The notes under the pieces are model-generated. The model saw nothing but the letters and a program-made list of their open reading frames with translations, had not been told where the DNA came from and ran no database searches. A stretch of 64,000 bases of DNA from an uncultured Anaerolineales bacterium (GTDB taxonomy: Bacteria > Chloroflexota > Anaerolineae > B4-G1). Of this stretch, positions 23,785 to 33,271 are shown piece after piece. Each line of letters starts with the position of its first letter. Position 1 is the first letter of the stretch. The stretch covers positions 1,096-65,095 of the forward strand of contig CAZKDJ010000002.1 of assembly GCA_964551295.1 (NCBI GenBank). Direction: 5' to 3'. A program made the translations under genes and the position numbers.

Positions 23785-26555
23785 GAAAAGCGCTTGATTC
23801 GTATCCTCTCAATATTCTGGGGAAAATGGCGAATGTAGGTCGGATTTGCTATCCGACCAGGCAGCGGTTAGCAAAACCGCCCTACATCTGCCCCGATTTA
23901 TTGAGAAGATACCTTGATTCCATCCTGCGCTTTGTCCGCCGTTCGGGCGTCCGGGACTCGCTGGTGGCTCTGCTCATCTATGTGCTGATCGCGATCGTGG
24001 TATTCTATCCGGTCGCATTTCACTTGAACTCGGTTATCGCCGGGTTCACCGGCCGTGACGGCTGGGAGCACGCCTGGTGGCTCTGGTTCGCTCGGCGGTT
24101 GTTCTTGCAAGGGCGTGGCCTGGGTGACCTGTATCTGCTCAACCATCCCGTTGGCTTGCAGCACCCTTACCAGTGGTCGCTTGTGAGTTACAGTCTGATC
24201 GCCTCTTCTTTGTCGAGCCTTTTTCCGCCCGCAGCGACGTACAACTTGATGGTGTTGAGTTCCTTCGTCCTGGGCGGCTTGGCTGCCTATCATCTGTGCC
24301 GGGAGCTGACGGGAGAGCACTGGCCTGCCGTGGTGGGCGGCGCGATCTTTGCCTTTTGTCCCAATCGGTTGGGCCATGCCTTGGCCGGCTGGCTGCCTCA
24401 GATGACGGTCTACCTATTCCCGTGGTACGCTTTGCTCCTGATCCGCACGCTGCGCCGCCCGACGTGGCGACGTAGCCTCGGACTGGGGATACTGGCGGGG
24501 ATGGCGGCCTTGATTTGGCCCATTCATCTGGTTTTCTTCATGGTGCCTGTCACGCTTGTCGTCGTTGGAGAGAATCTGGTGCGCCGCAGACGCGCTTTCT
24601 TCGAGGACCGCCGGGTTCTTTACCTGGGGTTGGCGTTTGGCATTGCGCTGTTGATGGCATTGCCATTTCTGCTGCCTGTGGTTTTAGGACGATTCGAGGG
24701 AGAGACCGACTACCTGGCGATGTCGGGTTTCGTAGAGCATTCCACCGACCTACTGGCCTTTTTCACACCTTCTCCTTACCATCCCGTCTTGGCCTCTCTC
24801 GGGCTCGTCCCCTCATTTGCCCAGCGCGTGTTTGCCGATCCAGGGGCTCTGAGAGCCGGGTTGGCTTATCCCGGCCTGATCGCCGTGCTGCTGGGGGCGT
24901 GGGGTATTCTGAAGGCTCGACCAAGACCTTGGTCGTGGCTCGTGCTGGCGGTGGGCGCTGCTGTCTTATCCCTGGGCCCGATCCTCGTCGCAGGCGGAGC
25001 GCCGGTTCAGTACACGGTCGACGGCTACCGCACCTACGTCTCGATGCCCTACGCGCTCGCGCAGTTTGTGCCTTTCCTCGATTGGGTCCGCACGCCCGGG
25101 CGCATCAACACCACCGGGATGCTGGGTCTCGGCGTGCTGGCCGCTTTTGGCGTGAAGGCGCTCGTAGCTCGCTTTTCGGCCCGGCGCTGGTTCGTCGTTT
25201 CGTTCGCTCTGGTCATTGTGGCCCTCGTCGTCTTTGAATACCTGCCGATGTGGCCTTTTCCGGCCGGCGACGCCTCTATCCCTGCCGCGATTCAGTACAT
25301 TGCCGGTAGCCCCGGTGACGGTGGACTGCTGCACATCCCTATGCGCCGCCGCAGCGTCAACAACCGGGCACTGTACTTTCAGACGGCCGCTGCCCGGCCC
25401 ATCGTCGGCGGCATCGTGCTCCGTACACTGCCGGATGTCCCGCCTTGGCAGGAGACGATCGAGGGGCTGGCAAAGGCCGACCCCTCGCCTGATGTGGTTT
25501 CGCGCCCTTCTGTGGCCCAGCGACGGACTTGGTTGAATCACTTTGATGTTGATTGGGTTTTGCTTCACCGTTTATATCCAGGCGATGAAGAGCGGTATCG
25601 TCCCTTTGTGGAGGAACTGCTGGGGCCTGCGGTGGTGGAGGACGAGACGTTGATCGCTTTTTCTGTGCCCGCCGACGGTCCGGCTCCGGGAGATTCGCGC
25701 CTCTATACCTTTAGCCAGTACGGATGGCACGCGCCGGAGCAGGATGGGGACGTGTGGCGGCGATGGATGTACAACGATGGCCGGTTGTACGTCTACTCTG
25801 CAGTTGAGGAGACAGGCAGCCTGCGTCTCACGGTGGATTCCCACCTGGCGTTCCCCGTGTTGGAGGTGTACTTGGGAGAGCGGTTGGTGGACACCTTTGT
25901 AGTGGGCGAGCGCACCGCGTACACCACGCGCCCGTTCACCCTCACACAGGGGATGAACGTCTTGCGCTTCCACGCGCCCGGCGGGTGCCCCGACGTGTTG
26001 GACGATCCCCGCTGCTGGGGCGACGCGCTGCTCGATCCACCCGCGGGCGATGGTACGCCTCCCTGCGACACGCCGGTGACTTGCCGCACGTTTGTGTTCG
26101 ACGACGTGTCCTTCATCTCGCAGAGTGATCTGCCTGCGGGTGCGGCGCTCGACGTCAACTTTGGCGGCCAGGTGCGCCTGCGCGGCTGGGAGCTGGAGAA
26201 CGAACGAGTGCGTCCGGGCGACACGCTGACGATGACGTTGGCCTGGGAGCCGGTGGTCGAATTGAACGATACGTACGTCGCGTTTGTGCACGTGATGGCC
26301 GCCGATGGCTCATTAGTGGCTCAGCACGACGGGGCGCTGGTGGGGGAACGCATCCTTCCATCGGCCTGGCCGGCGGGAGCTGTCTTTCGCTATCCGGTGC
26401 CCCTCGAACTCCCCGCTGACTTGCCAGCGGGTGACTATCGACTCCTGGCCGGCGTCTATCTATGGCCGGGCCTGGAGCGGCTGCCGGTGCTCGCGGGCGT
26501 GCCGGGGGCCGAGGACGACGTGATCGAACTGGGAACAGTGAGGGTCGCGCCGTGA
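23781..26555 (+). CDS. Divergent class-B GT-C-like membrane protein with a distinct Cys-containing beta-sandwich-like region and 1 C-terminal module; N-terminus carries a 40-codon MITE-derived insert
   Basis: GTG 23781 overlaps the upstream TGA. FTGRDGWEHAWWLWF first loop. Module LTMTLAWEPVVELNDTYVAFVHVMAADGS. An internal restart (for example ATG 23826 or TTG 23901) cannot be excluded. Confidence 0.75.
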   Translation: MRKALDSYPLNILGKMANVGRICYPTRQRLAKPPYICPDLLRRYLDSILRFVRRSGVRDSLVALLIYVLIAIVVFYPVAFHLNSVIAGFTGRDGWEHAWWLWFARRLFLQGRGLGDLYLLNHPVGLQHPYQWSLVSYSLIASSLSSLFPPAATYNLMVLSSFVLGGLAAYHLCRELTGEHWPAVVGGAIFAFCPNRLGHALAGWLPQMTVYLFPWYALLLIRTLRRPTWRRSLGLGILAGMAALIWPIHLVFFMVPVTLVVVGENLVRRRRAFFEDRRVLYLGLAFGIALLMALPFLLPVVLGRFEGETDYLAMSGFVEHSTDLLAFFTPSPYHPVLASLGLVPSFAQRVFADPGALRAGLAYPGLIAVLLGAWGILKARPRPWSWLVLAVGAAVLSLGPILVAGGAPVQYTVDGYRTYVSMPYALAQFVPFLDWVRTPGRINTTGMLGLGVLAAFGVKALVARFSARRWFVVSFALVIVALVVFEYLPMWPFPAGDASIPAAIQYIAGSPGDGGLLHIPMRRRSVNNRALYFQTAAARPIVGGIVLRTLPDVPPWQETIEGLAKADPSPDVVSRPSVAQRRTWLNHFDVDWVLLHRLYPGDEERYRPFVEELLGPAVVEDETLIAFSVPADGPAPGDSRLYTFSQYGWHAPEQDGDVWRRWMYNDGRLYVYSAVEETGSLRLTVDSHLAFPVLEVYLGERLVDTFVVGERTAYTTRPFTLTQGMNVLRFHAPGGCPDVLDDPRCWGDALLDPPAGDGTPPCDTPVTCRTFVFDDVSFISQSDLPAGAALDVNFGGQVRLRGWELENERVRPGDTLTMTLAWEPVVELNDTYVAFVHVMAADGSLVAQHDGALVGERILPSAWPAGAVFRYPVPLELPADLPAGDYRLLAGVYLWPGLERLPVLAGVPGAEDDVIELGTVRVAP
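23801..23912. mobile_element. MITE copy 2 (112 bp) with an 8-bp target-site duplication CTTGATTC, inserted in frame in the 5' end of the next gene
   Basis: TIRs GTATCCTCTCAATAT (23801-) and the reverse complement GTATCTTCTCAATAA (-23912). CTTGATTC at 23793-23800 and 23913-23920. The core holds two REP-like hairpins (TCGGATTTGCTATCCGA and GCGGTTAGCAAAACCGC) inside an ATGTAGG/CCTACAT stem. Confidence 0.8.
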
Positions 26556-28240
26556 CGGAGAAGCGACGCGGGCGACGGTGGGATCTCCTGGCGCTGGGAG
26601 GATATGCGCTTGTGGCGTTGGCCTACGCTTGGCCACTGGTGCGCCAGTTCGGCACGGCGCTGGCGGGCGATGGCTACGACCGGTATGTCTTTCTGTGGAC
26701 CAACTGGTGGGCCACTCACGCTATCAGCCGGGGCAAGCCGCTCTACCAAACAGCGATGATCTTTTACCCTCAGGGAACCAACCTGCATTTTCTCAGCTTC
26801 TCCTGGCTGAACACGTTTGTGTGGTGGGTGCTGCGGCCCGTCGTCGGCAGCGTGGCGGCCTACAACTTTACCGTGTGGTGGAGTTGGCCACTGGCCGGGT
26901 TCGGGGCGTACTTGCTGGCGCGGAAGGTAACGGGCAACCGGTGGGCGGCCTTTGTCGCCGGTTTGATCTATGCCTTCTACCCCTATCACTTTGCCCAGCG
27001 CAACCATCTGAACCTGCTCAGCGTGCAATGGACGCCCTTTGCGCTCCTTTTCCTGATGCGGGCGACACGGCGCGGGCGGGTGGTCGATGGCCTCCTGGCC
27101 GGGTTTTTCTTTGCCTGCGCCGGTCTCTCCAGTTGGCACCAGTTGACGCTGGCCGGGCTGCTGGGCGGGCTGTGGCTGCTCTACGCTTGGCTGACGGAGC
27201 GGGGCGAGTGGCTGCGCGGGAACTGGCGCGCCCTGGCGGTGGTGGCGGTGACGGTGGCGGTGCTCGTCGGTCCGCTCCTCGCCCCCCTGGTCTGGGAACA
27301 GTTCGTGAGTCCAGAGGGGCAAGATCCTTACCTCGGTAAGGAGGGAGAGACGCAGACCGACCTGGTCGCCTACGTCCTGCCTAATCTGTACCATCCATTG
27401 TGGGGCCACGTCGCTGCCCCGGTCCATCAGCGTTTCCTGCGCAACAAGGATCATGTCGTCGCCCTGGGTTACGTGCCTCTGGCTCTGACGGGGTACGGCT
27501 TGCTGCGCTGGCGGGCTGTCAAGCAGGTGCGATTCTGGCTTCTGGCGCTGTTGACTTTCTTCATGTTGGCCATCGGGCCGTTCCCGCGCATCAACGGCGT
27601 CGCTTACCCTCGGGTGCCGCTGCCTTACCGCTTGGTCGGATGGACGTTTTCCGTGAGTTCCCTGCGCAACCCGGAGCGGTTCAATATCGCGGTGGGGTTG
27701 TGCCTGGCGCTGGTGGTGGGGGTTGCAGTGAGCGACCTGCTGCGCCGCCTGTCCGCTCGCCGGATGGCTGCCATCATCGCCATCGCTGTGGCGGCGCTGG
27801 TGCTTTTGGAGTACTGGTCTTGGCCCTTCCCCACGCGCCCACCCGATGTGCCCGAGTTCTACCACCAATTGGCCCGCGAACCCGGCGACTTTGTCATCGT
27901 CGATCTGCCGATCACCAACGATCTATCCAAGCGCTACATGTACTATCAGACCGTGCACGGCAAGGCGACCGTCACCGGGCACGTCTCTCGGCCGCCGGAG
28001 GGAGCGTACGACTTTATCGTGGGCAACGGCCTGTTGCGGGCGTTGTGGCAGGGCCGCCGGCCCGATCCAGCGGGTGACCCAGCGGCGGAGATGGCGGCGC
28101 TGGCCGATGCCGGCGTGCGCTACGTCGTCGTCCACAGGGAGCACCTGGACGAGGATGAATTGTCTGCCCTGAGTGCTTACCTGTCCATACCCCCCACTTT
28201 CGCCGACGACGAGGTGCTGGTCTATCGTACCGTGCCGTGA
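26552..28240 (+). CDS. Class-B GT-C-like membrane protein, module-less short form
   Basis: GTG 26552 overlaps TGA (GTGA). LAYAWPLVRQFGTALAGDGYDRYVFLWTNWW. Ends ...FADDEVLVYRTVP, directly where the paralogues continue into their modules. Confidence 0.78.
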   Translation: MTEKRRGRRWDLLALGGYALVALAYAWPLVRQFGTALAGDGYDRYVFLWTNWWATHAISRGKPLYQTAMIFYPQGTNLHFLSFSWLNTFVWWVLRPVVGSVAAYNFTVWWSWPLAGFGAYLLARKVTGNRWAAFVAGLIYAFYPYHFAQRNHLNLLSVQWTPFALLFLMRATRRGRVVDGLLAGFFFACAGLSSWHQLTLAGLLGGLWLLYAWLTERGEWLRGNWRALAVVAVTVAVLVGPLLAPLVWEQFVSPEGQDPYLGKEGETQTDLVAYVLPNLYHPLWGHVAAPVHQRFLRNKDHVVALGYVPLALTGYGLLRWRAVKQVRFWLLALLTFFMLAIGPFPRINGVAYPRVPLPYRLVGWTFSVSSLRNPERFNIAVGLCLALVVGVAVSDLLRRLSARRMAAIIAIAVAALVLLEYWSWPFPTRPPDVPEFYHQLAREPGDFVIVDLPITNDLSKRYMYYQTVHGKATVTGHVSRPPEGAYDFIVGNGLLRALWQGRRPDPAGDPAAEMAALADAGVRYVVVHREHLDEDELSALSAYLSIPPTFADDEVLVYRTVP

Positions 28241-28241
28241 G

Positions 28242-30788
28242 ATGATGATGAAGACGAATGTGAAAAAGTGGCTGCAATTTCACTGGAAGAGCCTGGTCGT
28301 CATCGGCGCTTACGTCGTCCTGACGCTGGTGATGACGTGGCCGCTGGCGAAACAGCTCGGCACGCACCTACCCGGCCGCGGCGACGACTTGCTGGTCCGC
28401 TACTGGAACCGCTGGTGGATCAAGCGGGTGCTGACCCAAGGGGGCGACCTGTTCTACACCGACATGATCTTTTACCCCACCGGCGTGAACCTGCTCTATC
28501 ACAACATCGCCTGGGCCAACATTGCGCTGTGGCTGCCGCTGCAATTCCTGGTCGGCGGGATCGTGGCCTTCAATCTGATCTATTTGCTCAACCTCTTCCT
28601 GAGCGCCGTGGGGATGTACGTCCTGGCGCGTTACCTCACGCGCTCGACGGGCGCGGCCTTTGTCGCCGGCTTGGTGTACGCTTTCTTTCCCTATCGCCTG
28701 TTCGAGATCGACCACTCCAACCTGATCGCCGTGCAGTGGCTGCCCCTTTTCCTGCTGTACCTGATGCGCGTCGTGCGTGAAGAAAAGTTCCGGCATGCCA
28801 CACTGGCGGCCCTTTTCCTAGCCCTCACCGGCTATACGCGCTGGCAGTTGCTGGTTTTCGTGGCCATCGTCGCCGGGCTGTATGTCGTGTATAGCCTGGT
28901 GTTTGAGCGCCGGCATTGGAGCTTGCACGTCGTCCTCGCACTTGGCATGATGGGCGTCATTTCCCTGGCATTGATGACTCCCGCGCTCTACCCGCTGGTT
29001 CGAGCGCAGCTCACGCGGCAGCATCCCGAGGACCTGTTCGTCCCCAGCCTCATATCCAAGCAGACCGACCTGCTGGCCTACGTGGTGGTGCCGCACAATC
29101 ACCTGCTCGATGGCCTCTTTGACGGGCTGCTGTACGCCGATTCCTACACCCGGGCCTGGTACAGCAACGCCTACCTGGGGTATTTCGTGATTCTCCTCGT
29201 CATTCTCGGCGTCGGTCGAGCGCGCCGGATGCGGTGGTTCTGGGCGGGGCTGGGGCTCGTGGCCTGGCTGCTGGCCATGGGGCCGTCGGTGCGGTTCAAC
29301 AAGCAGATATACGATAGCCTCCCCTTGCCATACGTGCTGGTGAAGGACTTTTTGCCGGTCAAGATCATGCGCGAGGAGCGCCGCTTCAATATCCTGCTGG
29401 CGCTGCCCGTCGCCGCGATGGCGGCCTACGGCGTCGTGTTCCTGCGGGATTGGGCACGCAGGAACAACGTCGCGCCTCGCTACAAGTCGACCCTGTTCGC
29501 GGCGCTGGTGCTGCTGCTCAGTCTGGATTACCTACAGATCCCCGTGCAGACGTTCGATACCGAGATTTCACCTTTCTATCAGTCGCTGGCCGAGGAGCCG
29601 GGTCGCTTTGCCCTGCTCAACCTGCCCACCGGGCGCGACAGGAGCCCTTTCTTGATGCTGTGCCAGACGACGCACGGCAAGCCCATCGTCGAGGGCAGCA
29701 TCGCCCGCCCGCCGCGCGAGGCGCGAGCGTTCGTGGAAGATAACCCGTTCCTCCTTCACCTGCGCGACACCCGCAAGATGAACCCCGATCTGCCGGACGT
29801 GTCGCGCCAGTTGGCCGTCCTTGCGGAGGCCGGTGTCCGGTACGTGATTCTCAACGAGCAGTACGCCTTCCCCTGGGATAAGGAAAACTGGCACGCGTAC
29901 CTGGCCTTTCGTCCCTTCTATGAAGACGAATTCATCGAGGTCTACCACACGGACCTAAAGGCCGGGCGGGACTTTGACGTGAGCCGTGAGTTGCTCGATG
30001 GCATCGGCCTGACGCAGGTCGTTTCCGTAACCGACTCCATTGCCCCGGAGAGCACGATGGAGGTGGCGGTCGTGTGGGGGACGACGGCGGCGCAGCGCGA
30101 GGATTTCGCGGTCGAGCTGGCGCTGGTGGACGAGGCGAGCCAGGCCCAGCAGCGCGCCATCTTTCCCCCGGTTGCAGGCTGGCCCACCAGCGAGTGGCCG
30201 GCCAGCGCGCTGAGCCACGGACGCTACGTCTTCAAGGTCGATCCTCGGCTCCCCAGCGGCACCTACGTGCTGACCCTATCGCTGGTCGAAGAGGACACGC
30301 TCGAGCGGGTGGGCGAAACGGTCGTGATCCAGGAGGGGCTGGAGATGCCCATTCCCCCGCGCGTCTTTACACCGCCCGCCATGCAGACCGAGGTGGATGC
30401 CACGTTCGGCGAGGATCTGAGCTTGCTGGGATACGATCTGGAGCCGGCGGGCGACGCATTGAGCGTGATGCTACACTGGCAAGCTTTGCGCCGCATGGAC
30501 AAGAGCTACAAGTTCTTCCTGCACCTGTACGACGCCGAGAGCAACGAGTTGGCGGCCCAGGTGGACGTCGTGCCGCGCAATTGGACCTATATCACGACCT
30601 GGTGGGAGGCGGGAGAGATCGTCTCCGACGAGATACAGTTGCCCCTAGAGGGGGAGGTGTCGCCGGGGACGTACCGGCTGGCCGTGGGGGTGTATCATCC
30701 CGAGACTGGCGACCGGCTCACGGTCTCCAGTGAGACGTTGCCCGTGCTCTCGGATGCACTGATCCTGCAAGAGGTGACGGTGCCGTGA
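28242..30788 (+). CDS. GT-C-like polytopic membrane protein, class B, with 2 C-terminal modules
   Basis: MMMKTNVKKW...LVMTWPLAKQLGTHLPGRGDDLLVRYWNRWW. Modules contain VVWGTTAAQREDFAVELALVD and VMLHWQALRRMDKSYKFFLHLYD. Confidence 0.82.
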   Translation: MMMKTNVKKWLQFHWKSLVVIGAYVVLTLVMTWPLAKQLGTHLPGRGDDLLVRYWNRWWIKRVLTQGGDLFYTDMIFYPTGVNLLYHNIAWANIALWLPLQFLVGGIVAFNLIYLLNLFLSAVGMYVLARYLTRSTGAAFVAGLVYAFFPYRLFEIDHSNLIAVQWLPLFLLYLMRVVREEKFRHATLAALFLALTGYTRWQLLVFVAIVAGLYVVYSLVFERRHWSLHVVLALGMMGVISLALMTPALYPLVRAQLTRQHPEDLFVPSLISKQTDLLAYVVVPHNHLLDGLFDGLLYADSYTRAWYSNAYLGYFVILLVILGVGRARRMRWFWAGLGLVAWLLAMGPSVRFNKQIYDSLPLPYVLVKDFLPVKIMREERRFNILLALPVAAMAAYGVVFLRDWARRNNVAPRYKSTLFAALVLLLSLDYLQIPVQTFDTEISPFYQSLAEEPGRFALLNLPTGRDRSPFLMLCQTTHGKPIVEGSIARPPREARAFVEDNPFLLHLRDTRKMNPDLPDVSRQLAVLAEAGVRYVILNEQYAFPWDKENWHAYLAFRPFYEDEFIEVYHTDLKAGRDFDVSRELLDGIGLTQVVSVTDSIAPESTMEVAVVWGTTAAQREDFAVELALVDEASQAQQRAIFPPVAGWPTSEWPASALSHGRYVFKVDPRLPSGTYVLTLSLVEEDTLERVGETVVIQEGLEMPIPPRVFTPPAMQTEVDATFGEDLSLLGYDLEPAGDALSVMLHWQALRRMDKSYKFFLHLYDAESNELAAQVDVVPRNWTYITTWWEAGEIVSDEIQLPLEGEVSPGTYRLAVGVYHPETGDRLTVSSETLPVLSDALILQEVTVP

Positions 30789-33271
30789 AAGGGCGCTATC
30801 GGCACCTGGCTATCCTGGGAGCCTATCTGCTCCTGACGCTGGTGATGACGTACCCGTTCAGCGTCAGGCTGAACACGCATCTGCTGAGCAGCACCAACGA
30901 CTTTTGGATCTATCCCTGGAACAACTGGTGGGTCAAAAAGGCGCTGACCGAGGGTCACAGTGTATATAGGACACCCTGCCTTTTCTACCCCCGGGGCGTC
31001 GAGCTGTACTGGCACGGGTTCAACTGGTTCAGTACCCTGGTGTGGCTGCCTCTCCAAGCCGTGTTCGGCGCGCTGGCGGGGCACAACGTCACCATCCTGC
31101 TCACCTACGTCGTGGGCGCCTACACGACCTATCTGCTGGCCTACGAGGTCACGCGCTCCCATCCAGCGGCTTTTGTGGCAGGGCTGATCTATGCTTTCTA
31201 TCCGCATCGCTTCTCCCACCGCGGCCAGCTCAAGTTGCTCAGCAACCAGTGGAATCCACTGTTCGCCTTTTTCCTCGTCCGGCTGACGCGGCGCGGACGG
31301 CTGCGTGACGGCGTGGGGGCCGGTGTGGGGCTGGCGCTCGCCGCGTTGTGCGGCTGGCACCAGATGCTGCTTTCGGGCCTGTGGGGCGCGATGTGGCTGG
31401 CGTGGAGCCTGCTGAGCGAGCGCCGGCGGTGGAATCGGCGTACGCTCATGGCGTTGGCGCTTGGCGGGTTGCTGTGCGTCGCGTTGATCGCGCCGTTCCT
31501 GGTACCCATGCTCGCGGCGCTAGGGCGGGCCCAGGAAGCGGACCTGGTGCCTTCGGGGTCGAATGAGAAGAGCACGGACCTGTTGGCTTACATGCTCCCC
31601 AACCGGGAGCATTCACTCTTCCTGCTCGACGGACTCGGCGGCCTGTACGACCGTTACTTTCACTTTGGTGGACCCGCTGCGGCGGTGGGGTGGGTGACCC
31701 TGCTGCTGGCAGGATGGGGGGCGCTCAAGCGGTGCAGGGAGGCGCTGCCCTGGCTCCTCTCCGCCGCGATCCTCGCCGTCCTGGCGCTGGGCCCCGAGCT
31801 GCAAGTGAACGGACGCGTGGTGCCGGGTTTCCCTCTGCCGTATGCGCTGATCAAGCCCACCATCGTCGGCGATTTTATCCGTCACCCCAATCGGTTCAAC
31901 ATCGTCCTGCCGCTGCCCATCTCCGTGCTGGCGGCGATGGGGGTGCAGGCGATCCTGGAGCGCTGGCGAACGCGCGGTACAGCCCTCGGTCTGGCCCTGC
32001 TGATCCTGTTCGAGTACAGCGTCGCGCCGGTGCCCACCGTGCGCCCGCCCGACTCGGCCTTTTACCAGCGCCTGCGGGAGGAGGCGGGGACGTTCGCCGT
32101 GGCTGATTTCCCCATCGACCTCTCCGAGGACAAGATCTATTTGTTCGTGCAGACTCTTCACGAGCGTCCCATCGTCGGCGGGCACGTATCGCGGCCGCCG
32201 ACGGACGCGCACGCCTTCGTCGAGAGCGTGCCGCTTCTGGCCGCGGCCCGGGAGGGGCCGCCCGCGCCGGGCGATCTCGCGGACGTCTCGCGGCAGTTGG
32301 AGCCGCTGACCGAGGCGGGGGTGCGCTATGTGATCGTCCACAAAGATCGCACCGAGGCCGAGGCGGTGGCGGGCTGGCGGCGCTGGTTTGGCTTCCGCCC
32401 GGCGTATGAGGACGATTTGCTCCTGGCCTACCACACCGAGCCCGCCCACGGACGGGAGTTCGATCTGGCGCGGGAGCTTGTCCCCGGGCTGGGGTTCGTG
32501 CAGGCGACCGTGTCAACGGATACGGATGTGGAACGCGCGCCGGGCCAGGTGGAGGTTTCGGTGCTATGGGGCGCGGTGGAGCCGCAGCGCGAGGATTGGA
32601 TGGTAGAGCTGGCCCTGGTGGACAAGGCCGGGCGGCGGCTGCAGACCGCCGTTTTCCCCCTGGTGGATGGCTGGCCCACCGACGAGTGGTCGTCCGGCGC
32701 GCTGGGCCGCGGGCGCTACGCGCTGCAGGTCGATCCGCAACTGCCCAGCGGTTCCTACGCGTTGACCCTGGCGCTGGTCCGGGCCGATACGGGCGAGCGG
32801 GTGGAGGAGTCGGTCGTGACCATCGCCGCGCTGGACGTGCCGTGGCAGCTTCGTACCTTTGTCCGGCCACCCGTGCAGATTGAGACAGGGGCCGCGTTCG
32901 GCGACGCGCTCGAATTGCTGGGGTATGACCTGCGGCCAGAGGGCGACGCGTTGATGGTGACGCTTCACTGGCAGGCGTTGCGCAGTATGGAAGAGAGCTA
33001 CAAGTTCTTCCTGCACCTGTACGACGCGGAGAGCGGCGCGCTGGCGGCCCAGGTGGACGTGGTGCCGCGCGACTGGACCTATCCCACCACGTCGTGGCAG
33101 GCGGGGGAGACGGTCTCCGATGAATTGCACCTGCCCTTGAGTGAGGTGCCGGCGGGGAGGTATGATCTGGCGGTCGGCGTGTACGACCCTGATGCCGGCG
33201 AGCGGTTGCCCGTGCGTGGCGCGGAGGCCTCCTCCGGCGCCTTGATCCTGCAGGAGATAGTGCTGCCGTGA
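30785..33271 (+). CDS. GT-C-like polytopic membrane protein, class B, with 2 C-terminal modules
   Basis: GTGA overlap. LVMTYPFSVRLNTHLLSSTNDFWIYPWNNWW. Modules contain VLWGAVEPQREDWMVELALVD and VTLHWQALRSMEESYKFFLHLYD. Confidence 0.82.
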   Translation: MKGRYRHLAILGAYLLLTLVMTYPFSVRLNTHLLSSTNDFWIYPWNNWWVKKALTEGHSVYRTPCLFYPRGVELYWHGFNWFSTLVWLPLQAVFGALAGHNVTILLTYVVGAYTTYLLAYEVTRSHPAAFVAGLIYAFYPHRFSHRGQLKLLSNQWNPLFAFFLVRLTRRGRLRDGVGAGVGLALAALCGWHQMLLSGLWGAMWLAWSLLSERRRWNRRTLMALALGGLLCVALIAPFLVPMLAALGRAQEADLVPSGSNEKSTDLLAYMLPNREHSLFLLDGLGGLYDRYFHFGGPAAAVGWVTLLLAGWGALKRCREALPWLLSAAILAVLALGPELQVNGRVVPGFPLPYALIKPTIVGDFIRHPNRFNIVLPLPISVLAAMGVQAILERWRTRGTALGLALLILFEYSVAPVPTVRPPDSAFYQRLREEAGTFAVADFPIDLSEDKIYLFVQTLHERPIVGGHVSRPPTDAHAFVESVPLLAAAREGPPAPGDLADVSRQLEPLTEAGVRYVIVHKDRTEAEAVAGWRRWFGFRPAYEDDLLLAYHTEPAHGREFDLARELVPGLGFVQATVSTDTDVERAPGQVEVSVLWGAVEPQREDWMVELALVDKAGRRLQTAVFPLVDGWPTDEWSSGALGRGRYALQVDPQLPSGSYALTLALVRADTGERVEESVVTIAALDVPWQLRTFVRPPVQIETGAAFGDALELLGYDLRPEGDALMVTLHWQALRSMEESYKFFLHLYDAESGALAAQVDVVPRDWTYPTTSWQAGETVSDELHLPLSEVPAGRYDLAVGVYDPDAGERLPVRGAEASSGALILQEIVLP

